Positions 26,540 through 40,081 of a DNA stretch of 64,000 nucleotides are shown in pieces (the stretch's first letter is position 1; every line of letters begins with the position of its first letter). The notes beneath the pieces were generated by a model. It was given only the letters and a program-made list of their open reading frames with translations. It had not been told where the DNA came from and did not search any database. The stretch is from the NCBI GenBank assembly GCA_951406725.2, contig OX597817.1:138880001-138944000 (forward strand), written 5' to 3'. Position numbers and translations under genes: made by a program. The DNA is from Octopus vulgaris. Lineage: Eukaryota.

Positions 26540-26906
26540 AATAACACCACCACCACCACCACCACCACTACCACTATTGCCTGCACCACCTACACCACTC
26601 CAAACATCCACTACTAACACACTCAGGCTTGTACCATCACCATACCAACGCCTCTACCAATGCTACCGACACCGTCGCCAACAGCGACACCACGACGTAC
26701 CACACTGCCAACACTATTGCTATCACCACCACCCCCAGCACATTTGACATCACCACCAACAACAACAACAGCCGCAACTTCTACTACTTCCACGTCTACT
26801 ACTACTACTAATAATAATAATACTAATACTAATACTAATACTATTACTACTACTACTAATACTACTACAACTACTACTACTTCCCTTACTACTACTACTA
26901 CTCCTT

Positions 26907-26949
<43 letters not shown>

Positions 26950-26975
26950 AACAAATACTAACAACAACAACAACA
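26540..26975. repeat. (CAC)n/(TAC)n/(AAC)n low-complexity tract
   Basis: Direct observation. Confidence 0.85.
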
Positions 26976-28047
26976 TCGAACTTGATATTTAGTAATACCC
27001 CACAACCTCACTGGTCTATTCTCAGCCTCTATCCATCCCTCTTCTTACTCTCTCTGTCTCTCTCGCGAGGGAGAGAGAGAGGGGGTGGAGTAGAGTATGT
27101 TGGTCAGTAATTAGTCGTTAGTTGTGTGCAATATTTGATAGGTTGAGTGTACAGGTGAAAATGAATGCACTACTATTTGTATAAGCTACCATTCCTTTTT
27201 ATTACCTGGAACGTTCGCAGTTACATATGTACAACAATTATTTGAATAAAAGATCATTCATGAGAGAATGGGAGAGTGAATGCGATAGTAAAAAAATTTT
27301 CATTGCATAACAGTTTTAGCTATTTATACGAAAACCGTTTATGGTTATTAAAGAAAGAATAAATAGAAAGAGTGAGAACACACCTTATCACAAAAACTGA
27401 CCGACAGAGTTCTATGCAGCACCTGAAATTGTTCTATTTGGAAATTCAATATCTCAGCTTTTATTACTTCAGTCAAAACTTCGAGAACCTTCGTCAGAAG
27501 TATTTGACGGGGATATTCACAAAACTTACGTTCAAGTCTACCACTGGTTACATCCAGCCAAGTTTGATTGGTTGGACCACATTCACGCAGGTGTTAATAC
27601 CTTTTGGTGCATTAATTTCTTGTAGATGATCTTTACCTTTTGTGGTATAATAGTTACTGGTTATAAACCGGAAATGTGAACGAGATGGTTCAAAATCCCG
27701 CTACATATCTATTTCCGGTATAAGAGATTGTCTTTCTAGTTCAAAGGCAGCTAAAAGACATAAATTCACGTCTCTATTAATCTTCACTCCAGTTCCTTCA
27801 CGAATCAAGAAGCATTTTTACTGCTAACAGAAACAGCTTAATGACAAATAACGGTATCTTATATTGGCAATGATTCTTCGGTCAAAGTCCATCTGAAAGA
27901 GACAATGGAGAAGTTCTCACACATCTGGAACTGTGCTGCTACTGCCGCTACAGGTATTGGAGAACGCAGCTTAAAGGCTGGCCGCCGTGCCTTGATGTCG
28001 CTCACAATTGTATTAGTATGGCGCTCAGGAAATATAAATAAAACAAG

Positions 28048-28085
28048 TCTTTAACGTTTCGAGCCTACGCTCTTCAACAGAAAGA
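28048..28085 (-). ncRNA. Minimal type I hammerhead-like motif (A6U core variant)
   Basis: UCUUU-CUGUUGA-A-GAGC(GUAG)GCUC-GAAA-CG-UU-AAAGA; stems I and II pair perfectly. Confidence 0.6.
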
Positions 28086-28249
28086 TACACAGAGAGAAAA
28101 AAACACAGAAAGAAGGAGAGAAAAAATGCGTGCAGTAGCTAACGAATCAACATGGCGATCTGATTTCGGCCAGAGGTCAAAGATCAAACATGAGACGCGA
28201 GAGCGAAATAAGGGGAGATAATAGGGTTGATAATAGGGTTGAAGGACCA

Positions 28250-28316
28250 GCTAATAGTGCGTAGGAGGGGTCTGGACGTGTGTATGTATAGGGTTGGTGT
28301 ATGTATTAGTATGTAT

Positions 28317-28365
<49 letters not shown>

Positions 28366-28610
28366 AGAGAGTATTAGTGCGTAGGATTGGTCTGGACGTG
28401 CGTATGTATGGGGTTGGTGTATGTATTAGTATGTATTAGTATGTATTAGTACGTATTAGTATGTATAAGTGTGTGTGTGTGTGTGTATGAGAGAGTATAA
28501 GTGCGTATGAGGGGTCTCGACGTGTGTATGTATAGGGTTGGTGTATGTATTAGTATGTATTAGTATGTATTAGTACGTATTAGTATGTATTAGTTGGTGT
28601 ATGTATTAGT
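28250..28610. repeat. ~120-bp tandem minisatellite (3 copies) with (gtattagtat)n sub-repeats
   Basis: gtgcgtagga..ggtctggacgtgtgtatgtatagggttggtgtatgtattagtat repeated near 28257, 28377 and 28500. Confidence 0.8.
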
Positions 28611-29129
28611 ATGGCACATCATATATGATGTGATGTGTAAAGTCGTGTGGTGTAGTGAGGAGAAGAGGGGAGGGGGAGAAGAGGGGGGAGAAGGGGAGGG
28701 GAAGAAGAGGGGGAGGAGAGGGGAAGAGAAGAGGAGGGGAGAGGGGGGAGGAAGGGGAGGAAGGGGAGGAGGGGGAGGAAGGAGGAAAGAGGGAGAGGGG
28801 GAGAGAGAAGGGGAGAGAGGGAGTGAGGGAACAGAGGGAAGGGGAAGAGGGAGGGAGGGAGGGAGAAAGAGGGAAGAAGGGAAGGGGAGTAGGGGTGAAA
28901 GGATGAAGGACTGAAGAAGTAGGGGTCGGGGGGAAAGGATAGGTGAGGAGGGGGGAGAGGGGGGTTAGATGAGGAGGGGGGAGAGTTGAGACCAAATGGC
29001 GTATAAGAGCGAAGAGAGAAGATTAATTCCTGTTCACGGCGCAAACGGGAATCCGGATGGCCTCTGTGTAAGGACAAACCGAACACAGATAGGTGTTGCA
29101 AGGAGTGACCGATATATATATGTATATAT

Positions 29130-29453
29130 GGAGACCCCCTTCGGTCATGAATGACCATGGGATTGCACCTAGAAAGTTATCCTCCGAGACAAGATTGTTT
29201 ATGGAAGGCAAGATTGTTTATGGAAGGCCAACAGTCGCCCATGCATACCAGACTCCCGATGTTTTCCAACGAAAAGGCAAAGGAGCCGATACAGCTTGGC
29301 ACCAGTGATGTCGCAACTCATTTCTACAGTTGAGTTAACTGGAGCAACGTGAAATAAAGTGTCTTGCTGAAGAACACAACACACAGCCCAGTCCGGGATT
29401 CGAACTCAGAACTTCACGATCGTAAACTCGATGCTCTAACCACTAAGCCATGC
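29130..29453 (-). mobile_element. tRNA-derived SINE family C
   Basis: Minus strand A box TGGCTTAGTGG and B box GAGTTCGAATCC; body homologous to 52120-52428. Confidence 0.8.
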
Positions 29454-29484
29454 GACACACACACATACACACACACACACACAG

Positions 29485-29602
<118 letters not shown>

Positions 29603-30144
29603 CTTCGAAACGCGGAGTAGATGAAACAGGGGCAACTGATGAAGAGGAATATTCTTTATGTTGCATGTCTCGTTTCTCTGCTTGTTTTTTTCGTGGTTCC
29701 CCCCCAAAATTTCGTTTCTGTTTTTGTTTTTATGTTTTCATTTCTCATTGTGTTTAACGTTTTTTTTTTCATGTCCTGTACTCATATATGCATGTATATA
29801 TACATATATATGTAGGTATGTACATATATGTATGTATATATGCATATATTTATATATTAATTATATTATTATATGATCGAACGCCACGCATCCTTTTCCA
29901 AGTATATATATATATATATACGGCGTGTGAGTGTGTGTACCTTTTGTATGTGTTTGCCTACAACCAACTTCGATGTCGGTTTGTTGTCTACGGCCACGTT
30001 ATCGAGCGGTTCGACAGAAGAGTCCGATAAAATAAGAACCAGGCTTTAAAAATTACTGCGGTTGATTCATACAACTAAAGACTCTACAACGCGGTGCTCC
30101 AGTATAATGACTGAAACAAGTAAAAAAAAAAACCACATCATATA

Positions 30145-30544
30145 GGCGCAGGAGTGGCTGTGTGGTAAGTAGCTTGCTAACCAACCACATGGTTCCGGGT
30201 TCAGTCCCACTGCGTGGCATCTTGGGCAAGTGTCTTCTGCTATAGCCCCCGGCCGACCAATGCCTTGTGAGTGGATTTGGTAGACGGAAACTGAAAGAAT
30301 CCCGTCGTATATATGTATATATATATGAGTGTGTGTGTGTGTGTGTTTGTCCCCCTAGCATTGCTTGACAACCGATGCTGGTGTGTTTACGTCCCCGTTA
30401 CTTAGCGGTTCGGCAAAAGAGACCGATAGAATAAGTACTGGGCTTACAAAAGAAAAAAGTCCTGGGATCGAGTTGCTTGATTAAAGGCGGTGCTCCAGCA
30501 TGGCCGCAGTCAAATGACTGAAACAAGTAAAAGAGTAAAAGAGT
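30145..30544 (+). mobile_element. SINE family A, near full-length reference copy
   Basis: A-box-like TGGCTGTGTGG, B-box-like GGTTCAGTCCC, internal (TA)/(TG) repeat, tail gtaaaagagtaaaagag. Confidence 0.88.
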
Positions 30545-30899
30545 ATACGAATTTAGAAGATAAAGGGACGCAACTATGTCCCGCATGATCTCCTCATCCG
30601 GCACTTTACAGTTACCTTCGATCTGATTATACTCCAGAAGACGTTATAAACCGTTTAACCCGCCTTCGCTCACATCTTAACAAACCGCTGGCTTCCCTCT
30701 CGCTGTTCATCGACTCTTTACACACGCAGAAATATTCCAAGATTTCACAGAAATAAAACGAGAAAAAAAACAAAACAATACGAAAAACACAAAACGAAAA
30801 AAAAAATCATCTGAAATCCCACAAAATTACTTGACTACATTTGTACTGACACATATAAAGATTTGTATACACACATTTTAAGCATGCTCATGCACGTAC

Positions 30900-31489
30900 G
30901 TACACACACAAACATACACACAACTATACATACATACATACATACATACATGCATACATACATACATACATACATACATACATACATACAACATGCACAC
31001 AACTATACATACATACATACATACATACATGCATACATACATACATACATACATGCATACATACATACATACATACATACATACATACATACATACATGC
31101 ATGCATACATACATACATACATACATACATACATACATACATACACACAACTATACATACATACATACATACATACATACATACATACACACATACATAC
31201 ATACATACATACATACATACATACATACATACATACATACATACATACATACATACATACATACATACATACACACATACATGCATACATACATACATAC
31301 ATACATACATACATACATACATACATACATACATACATACATACACACATACATACATACATACATACATACATACATACATACATACATACATACATAC
31401 ATACATACACACAACTATGCATACATACATACATACATACATGCGTACATACATACATACATACATACATACATACATACATACATACA

Positions 31490-31520
<31 letters not shown>
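30900..31520. repeat. (CATA)n array
   Basis: Direct observation. Confidence 0.95.
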
Positions 31521-31859
31521 GTATGTATGGGGCAAATAAAGACGAAAGATGGAATATACGAGAAATGACTGTGCTTTGCCAGTAAGCTACCAGGTGTAAA
31601 CCATTCGTTTTATATATGTGTGTGTGTGTGTATACACACACACATACATATATACATATATATAAACATGTACATATATATATACATATATACGTATATG
31701 TATATATATAGTTGGAATTTTTTAAAAAACGAACAAAGAAGGGTGTGTAAACAACAAACATGTATTAGTTTCACACAAACACACACACACACACACACAC
31801 ACATATGTAGATACATGCGCACACGCATTCACAACTACTCATATACACTCACGCATCTA

Positions 31860-31861
31860 CG

Positions 31862-31922
<61 letters not shown>

Positions 31923-31949
31923 ATGTATATATATGTGCATATACGTATA

Positions 31950-32019
<70 letters not shown>

Positions 32020-32121
32020 CATACATATACATGTGTGTGTGTATATATATATACATTCATGTATATATATAATATATATACGTATATATACATATATACG
32101 TATGTATATATATATATATAC

Positions 32122-32163
<42 letters not shown>

Positions 32164-32188
32164 GTATATATGTATATATATGTATATA

Positions 32189-32262
<74 letters not shown>

Positions 32263-32472
32263 TATAAGGGCTCAAACACAACTGCGTATTTGTGTGTGTG
32301 TGTGCGCTCGCGTGGGTGTGAGTGTATGTCGATGTGCAAGAAAGAATGTATACAGAGATAGTTTGTTCTATTCGCTGTGCAAGTATGTGTATGGGCGTGT
32401 ACTTATTAATGTGTGTACCTACATTCCATACACACTCGTGCACACACATACACAGATACACTCACATATATA

Positions 32473-32550
<78 letters not shown>
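31860..32550. repeat. Compound (TA)n-dominated microsatellite region
   Basis: Direct observation. Confidence 0.9.
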
Positions 32551-32553
<3 letters not shown>

Positions 32554-32639
32554 CAATACATACATATGCACATAGTTCCTGAAGTCATAGAAGTTATATA
32601 TGTTTGTGGGTGTATGTGTAGGGGAATAAGTGTGTGTCT

Positions 32640-32705
<66 letters not shown>

Positions 32706-32877
32706 TGTCTTCATAGTAAACACAGTAATTAGCAGACCTTATTCTATTCCCAGAGACAGAATGAAACCTGCTTAACCGGTTTTAAGAAAAGGATATCACT
32801 TGTTGCTCTGACAGAATCTCGACAAATAATGGCCTTTTGAAGAAGGCAGCATGTATGGCGTCACAGTACACTCACAC

Positions 32878-32927
<50 letters not shown>

Positions 32928-33404
32928 ACATATATACATAGCTTCATATATGAATATACACGCACATACGCACACATATATGTACGTACACGAATATACG
33001 CACATATATGCACACATACATACATTTTTTCATAGCCTGAATATATATGAATATATATAAATAAAAACATATGCATACATACACACACATATATGTAGAC
33101 ACACGCACACACGCATTCACATGGACTCATACACTTTCACGCATCTACCATTATATATATATATACATAAACATATGTATACATGCATATATGTATCTGT
33201 CATACGCATACATACATACATGCATACATACATGCATATTTACATACATAAAAACATGCATACAAATATACATGTATACATACATACACACATACATACG
33301 TACATACATACATACATACATACATACATACATACATACATACATACATACATACATACATGCATACGTATATACATACACACGTATATACTATCCAGCA
33401 CAAA

Positions 33405-34740
33405 TAATTTCCACATAAACAGTGACATAGACCGCCCTTACCTTAAACGAATATATGACGACAGAAGCTTAACATTGATCCAAAATTATTTTGAATGTCG
33501 TATCATATCCCTTCGGCAACATCTTTTTAACCACCAAGTGCATCCCTTGATCAAGTTTGCATACATAAGGCTCCTAACAACTTACGGACTTGGAAGGCAG
33601 CTTCTTGAGCAACACCCTTTGTCTGATAACCTAGAATTACCACGAAAATACCGCAACGTATCATCAGATGAAAGGATGAGCCTATATGAGCAGAAGACTA
33701 TTCTTGGATATGTTAGAAGAAAGCTCCCAGATGAGAGTAACATTGATCATCAAAGCAGTCTATCATGGATCAATAGCCGGGTTGCTACCTCCCACTTCAA
33801 AGAGTATGCGTTTGCAATCCAGGAACAGGAAATATCAACCAAGTACCTGATGCACAAAAGGGACAGAGATGCGAAAAAAGCTGTAAAACGTGAAAACTGA
33901 TGCAAACTTCGTGGAGTTTAACCTCGTAGATATCACCCACATCATAAGCAGTTGTCCGAAAATGTCATCACGGTATTATCTGCCGATGAGTTATGATGTA
34001 GCTAGGACACTCTATAATGAAATCCGTTGGAAGGATAATACCCAGGACAAAGAAATAAGAACCTACAGTATGGTAGAAGCCATAGCCACTCATAATGAAA
34101 AGGAATACGGTTGGAATATCCCAGTGATGACCTCAATAAAAACTAAGCACAACAGATCTGATATAAGGATTTGGGATAGAGAAGAGAAACTGTGTACAGT
34201 TGTTGAAATTAGTTGCCCAGCGGATGTTAACATAAAGCTGAAAATCACTGAAAAAGAGAACACCTATGCTGAACTATGGAGACATCTGCAGTTACTCTAT
34301 TCCGATTACAAGTTCAGGTTTATACCTGTAATTATTGAGGTACTGGGATATGTAACACACTGCCTAAATGCCACTCTTGATAAACTAGGCTTCTCAAAAT
34401 CAGAAAGGAGACAGCTACTTCGAAGACTACAGATCCAATCCATCACTGGAACAGTAAACATCTGTAAAACTTTCCAGAAATTTATCATTTAAGTATATAT
34501 GAGCATATCTGGATATGGATCTATATGCATGAGAATACATACATAAAATGAAGCATATAAATCTGCACACACATACATACATATATACAGACAGACAGAC
34601 AGACAGACGGACAGACAGATAAAGAAGCAAAAATAATCTGCTGTTCATGTTGAAATTCCAATGAAGGAGCCTTGGATCTAGGTTAGAAACCGGTTCTTTC
34701 TCTATTGGCAAGAAATATTGAAATAAAACTGAATAATGAC
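33405..34740 (+). mobile_element. Longest R4/Dong-like LINE copy (RT thumb end, knuckle, REL endonuclease, 3' UTR), frameshifted
   Basis: FHINSDIDRPYLKR, FAIQEQEISTKY, ITHIISSCPKMSSRYYLP, RSDIRIWDREEKLCTVVEISCPAD; (CATA)n on both flanks. Confidence 0.88.
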
Positions 34741-35161
34741 ATATATACGCATACATGCATACATACGTACAAACATGCAAACATACATGCATACATACAT
34801 GCATACATACATACATACATACATACATACATACATACATACATACATACACGCATACATACATAAATACATACATACATACATACATGCATGCATACAT
34901 ACATACATACATACACGCATACATAATACATACATACATACGTACATACATGCATACATACATAAATACATACATATATACATGCAAACATATATACATA
35001 CATACGTACATACATGCATGCAAACATACATACATGCATACTTACATACATATATACATACATACATACTTATATACATGCATATATACATACATACATA
35101 CATACATACATACATACATACATACATACGTACGTACATACGTATATACATACATGCATAC

Positions 35162-37035
35162 TTAGATGTCTTGCAAACAACTTGCACATGCAAGTGCTAC
35201 CAGTTAAAAGCTCCGTATACCGGAAGCTAGCAAGTGTATGGGGTCATCAGGAGAGAATGCGCGCCGTTTCGGGGCCTACCTCTCGACGGCATCAATGCGC
35301 ACCGCCCCCCCCCTCACTGATATGAGGCCCCGCTTGCTAGATCAGCTGGTTATGAAGAACTCAATATACTTCTAGCCATCGCTCATCGTCTCTTTTTAAC
35401 CAAATCCAGTGGCTAGCCTTCTCCACTGTAGATTGGATATCAGTCATGGTGATATTGACTTTACGATGAGTTAGGCCTAGCGATAACAACAGTCGTCTCA
35501 CGCTGTGTCCAACAAACCCTCTACATCCGACTTCGATTGGAATATGTTCCGCTTTCCAGCCTGCGTCTTCACATTCCTCGAGGAGGTTTTCATTTCAATT
35601 TTCGGGCCCGAGCGGCGTCCATATCTTGTGAGGAACCGTTAGCTCGACTATATTTACAACTTTGTTACTTTCACACCACATCAAAATATCTATTTTTTTC
35701 GAAACTGGGATGGGAAAGAAAACCTGGCACCCAGGTAAATCTGCAGTTACTTCCCAATAGCCGTTCCACTTTTCATTTTTCTCAGAAAGTTTCTTGATCT
35801 TCTTCTTGAAACGGATCCGCTGACCTGGTCGCACGAAGGTAATGAAATCTCTTGATGGTACTTTCAACGATTTTTCAGTGTTGTTGAGATGAATTTGGTT
35901 CTTTATAGCATTGAAGATAACCTTAAGGACCAAGTTGTGCTTCCATGTGTACCTGTTCAATGCTAATGAACAGTTGGTAAGAATATGTTTTAGTGCACCG
36001 ACCTTTCCACATTTGCAGATGTCATTCTCTAAGACATTCCATCTTACTAGATTCGTAGGTGATGGCTAAACATCATAAGATGAACGAATCAGGAAACTCA
36101 GCCGAGATGTCGTCCACTTCCACATCTCATCCTAACTTATCTTCCTCTCAACAACATGTTCTTCCCATCTCATCATCTGACCTTGATGAACACATCGGAT
36201 CAAAGGAAGCTCTCTTCTCTCTGCTTCTCTTGTTTTGACGCTGTTGCTAACAACAGATCTGCGTTCACTCGGCATCATGCTTGCAAACGGTCTGAACTGT
36301 TCTGCGCCAAAACCAAGTCCTTTCCGATGGTTCTGCGTTGCTCCCCACCATATCTCTGTGTATAAGAGAAGACAAGATGTCGTCAGTTTCTGCTTCTGCT
36401 TTCCACTTCCTGGCTGTTTTCACCTCTGGTGGGTTACGCCTGATTTCCATATCCTTCGATTCTCTCAGCATCATGACCGTCCGTATCTTCCCCAGCTTAT
36501 ATATTTCGACTATTGATGCTATTGGTAGCTGCAACGAACCTCTTTTACGATAAAGAGCTGAGCTGTTCAACATACGAGGTAGGCCTAGCCACTTTCTAAT
36601 GAACACATTACATTTTTGTTCAATCCTTTCAACTCGTGACAATGCTACTTCGTATATTAAAAGTGACCACGCAAGTCGCGGGTACAAGCCGAACTGCAAG
36701 CACCAAATTTTATATTTACCTGGTAACTTCGAATTATCAATCGCTGATAACCCAGTCTCGGCCTGTTTCATAATTTCAATCCCACGACTTCTGTCTGACA
36801 ATGTTCTAGCGTATACTCGACCCAAGCTCTTGACGGGCTCTTCCTTGACTGTTGGAATGCTTTCTTTAGATATTCGAAACTTAAATTCTTTCTGCACTCC
36901 CTTAACAAATGTCAGACTACGCGACTTTTTTGCTCTAAATCGCATCCTTGACCACCTTACAAGTTCGTCTAATCTCAAGAGGGCATTCTGCATGATTTGT
37001 TTATCTGTAGCTAGAAGTGTCACGTCATCCATGTA
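35162..37035 (-). mobile_element. 5'-truncated Hero-like non-LTR retrotransposon (RT from YMDD, CCHC knuckle, REL endonuclease, 3' UTR)
   Basis: YMDDVTLL...KKSRSL...LPGKYKIWCLQFGLYPRLAWSLLIYE...RKWLGLPR; CKCGKVGALKHILTNC; DILMW...IVELTVP; (CATA)n on both flanks. Confidence 0.85.
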
Positions 37036-37127
37036 TACACGCATACATGCATACATACATACATACATACATACATACATACATACATACATGTATACAT
37101 GCATACATACATACATACATACATACA

Positions 37128-37161
<34 letters not shown>

Positions 37162-37540
37162 CATACATACATACATGCATGCATACATACATACATGCAT
37201 ACATACATACGTACATACGTACATACATACATACATATATACATGCATACATACATATATACATACATACGTACATACATACATACCTACCTACATACAT
37301 ACATACATACATACATACATACATACATACATACATACATACATACATACATACGTACGTACGTACGTACATACATACATACATACATACATACATACAT
37401 ACATACATACATACATACGTACGTACGTACGTACGTACGTACATACATACATACATACATACATACATACATACATACATACATACATACATACATACGT
37501 ACGTACGTACGTTCATACATACATACATACGTACGTACGT
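37036..37540. repeat. (CATA)n/(CGTA)n array
   Basis: Direct observation. Confidence 0.95.
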
Positions 37541-37966
37541 ACTTTCGTACTGTCTGCTTAATCACGAAGCAAAGCCCCGTTCGGTATTTCACTCCACACA
37601 GCAGCTTTACTGCATTTTATTTCCAGTCGCTCTTTCTACAGAATACAAGTCTTGCCGACGCAGGCCACTACCTGTTTATTGGAATTCCGCTTTATCAGAT
37701 ATACATCCACATAGATATTCTTTTTCTCGTTTATTCTCGTAATTTCTCTTGTACAAAGGTCCTGATTTGTAAATTGAATAGGCCATGCGCTTGTAAACAC
37801 AAGACATGTTGTATAAACCTGCCTAGCCTAGACCCATGTCTCCAATGCAAGAATCTAATTGTAGCTCCCATCTATAGAGCGTTACATTAAATGATATTTC
37901 TCTCCCACTGGTTGGAATACATTTTTGATGATTTTACCTTAACAGAACAGCAAACTATATACATAT

Positions 37967-38045
<79 letters not shown>

Positions 38046-38075
38046 CAAAATAAGCAACAAGTATATCCAAGGTAG

Positions 38076-38163
38076 AGTAGTACAATTGTTTCATGCTACT
38101 TCATTTTATTAAACACTGTAAGTATTACATCAGTTTTAAAATGTCGAGCAATCTTCAGCCACT
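38076..38163 (-). ncRNA. Type I hammerhead-like motif with long stem-II insertion
   Basis: AGUGG-CUGAAGA-(U)UGCU...AGCA(U)-GAAA-C(AAUU)G-UA-CUACU; homologous to the motif in the 54277-54634 palindrome; between (TA)n tracts. Confidence 0.6.
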
Positions 38164-38272
38164 TCTAGAATTTTCCAGTCAAACACATTCTTATTTTTAT
38201 TTCATTTGCCAACATTATAAATATATATATGTTGGACTTCGAAGCCTGAGTCACTCTGTTACATCTGCTAAA

Positions 38273-38333
<61 letters not shown>

Positions 38334-38339
38334 TGTAGA

Positions 38340-38960
38340 TTCAGCTCAGAGCTGCGACCATGCTGGAGCATCGCCGTTTTGCTACACTGTTATTATTGAG
38401 AGCCTCCTCTAACACGTGGCATTTAGTGAATAAGGGAGTTTGATGTCGCTACCTTCATTTGCATCTCTTGCCGCGAGGTATGTTCATCTGGGTCTCCCGA
38501 CAGGAAGCGCTCCAGTTTTAACTTGAAAACACCTACATCCACTTTGTGTATGTCCCTCAGGATCTTTGGGAGAATATTAAAAAGCTGTGGGTCCCTGAAA
38601 CCCAAGCTGTTGCAGTAACTGTTTCTGAACTGCGATGGCATTGTTGGGATCTTTGGCACTGTGCAGTGTCGACTCGTTCTGGTACTGTGCAGTGTCGACT
38701 CATTCTGGCACTGGTGTAGCTTTCAATGCCAAAATTTGGCGCAGTTCCTTCCAGGATCTTCCAGATGTATATTACTGCATACCTCTCCCGCCTTCGCTCC
38801 AGGGAGTAGAGTCTTAACTGTTTCAGCCTTTCCCAGTAGCTGAGCTGTTACAATGAGACGATCTTCTTTGTGAAGCTTTGCTGGATTGCTTCAAGGTCTG
38901 ATGTTAATTCTACACTGTTGGTTGACCATAGCTGGGAAATGAACACCACTCCTCCATGTG
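38340..38960 (-). mobile_element. CR1-like LINE 3' fragment
   Basis: LYSLERRRE and NSLGFRDPQLFNILPK...FKLKLERFL motifs; homologous to 59955-60550. Confidence 0.8.
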
Positions 38961-39116
38961 ATCAGCTTCAAAAAATAAAATATTTTTCTTAACATGAAAC
39001 CAATGGTAGCCTTAATACACAAATAAAGGGATTCTATCCACCAATGCAGTTTTGAGCACTCATTTTCATTCTTCGATATTTACGTATACATACATATATA
39101 TATGTGTGTGTATATA

Positions 39117-39205
<89 letters not shown>

Positions 39206-39269
39206 ATGGAAACTGGTACATCCACAAAATCTATTTTATAGTTATATATAGTATATTACAAGACAGATG

Positions 39270-39324
<55 letters not shown>

Positions 39325-40081
39325 AGTGTGTGTGTATGTATGTATATATATATATATAATAATCTGTCTTTTAATTGTTTCAGTCATTAGACTGCGGCCA
39401 TGCCGAGGCAACGTCTTGAAGAATCTTTAGTCGAATAAATTTACCCCAGTTCTTTTTTAAAGCCTGTTCCTTATTCTGTCGGTCTCTTTTGCTGATCCGC
39501 TATGTTAGATGACGTAAGCACTGAACCCGGAACGATGCTAATGTGAAGCAAACTCCCCCTACCCAAAGTCATGCCTATGCACCACATACATGTGTAAATA
39601 CACACACGCACACATTGCTGTGTGAGCGTGTGTGTAAGTGTATGTGCGTGAGCATAAACTATATATGAACGGGTCGTGAGAGAAAATATGGTGGTATGTT
39701 AAAAGATAACCGCAAACCATCGAGAAAATTATTATAAGCCACTGTTATCAAACTTGGATCCGTTTTCCTAAAACTCCACCTAGTCTCCACACACAGACAC
39801 ACATATACACAAACATATACTGACACGCACCCACACACACACGCGTGTGCGCACTGATACACGTGCGACCGGTCATCTTTTGCGAACTAGGTTTTGTGAA
39901 TCTGCTCCTGGCTATTTTCAATCTAAGCTGATGCACAATATCAATTACTGGTATAACTGGCGACGACCCTTAAACCGTCGATTGGCTGCTGATGTGGTTT
40001 TAGCAATTCTTTTAATGTCTGGTGTTTGGAAGGACCCGGTTTCCTGCTGAACCAGTGCAGCATATCTATGTCTGTTAGATT

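Larger units (their letters stand above)
28030..29110 (-). mobile_element. 5'-truncated Penelope-like element 3' end (GIY-YIG C-terminus, repeat-rich 3' region, hammerhead motif)
   Basis: 29110-28982 reads GHSLQHLSVFGLSLHRGHPDSRLRREQELIFSLRSYTPFGLNS, matching the H-S...R..RE..I..L.T..P.GLN end of PLE GIY-YIG endonucleases; HHR-like motif downstream on the same strand. Confidence 0.75.

Noticed and set aside
26623-26992. Mucin-like Thr-rich ORF
   Set aside because: Derived from (ACT)n/(ACC)n microsatellite
29636-29670. CUGAUGA followed by a short hairpin
   Set aside because: No GAAA after the putative stem II, so not counted as a hammerhead
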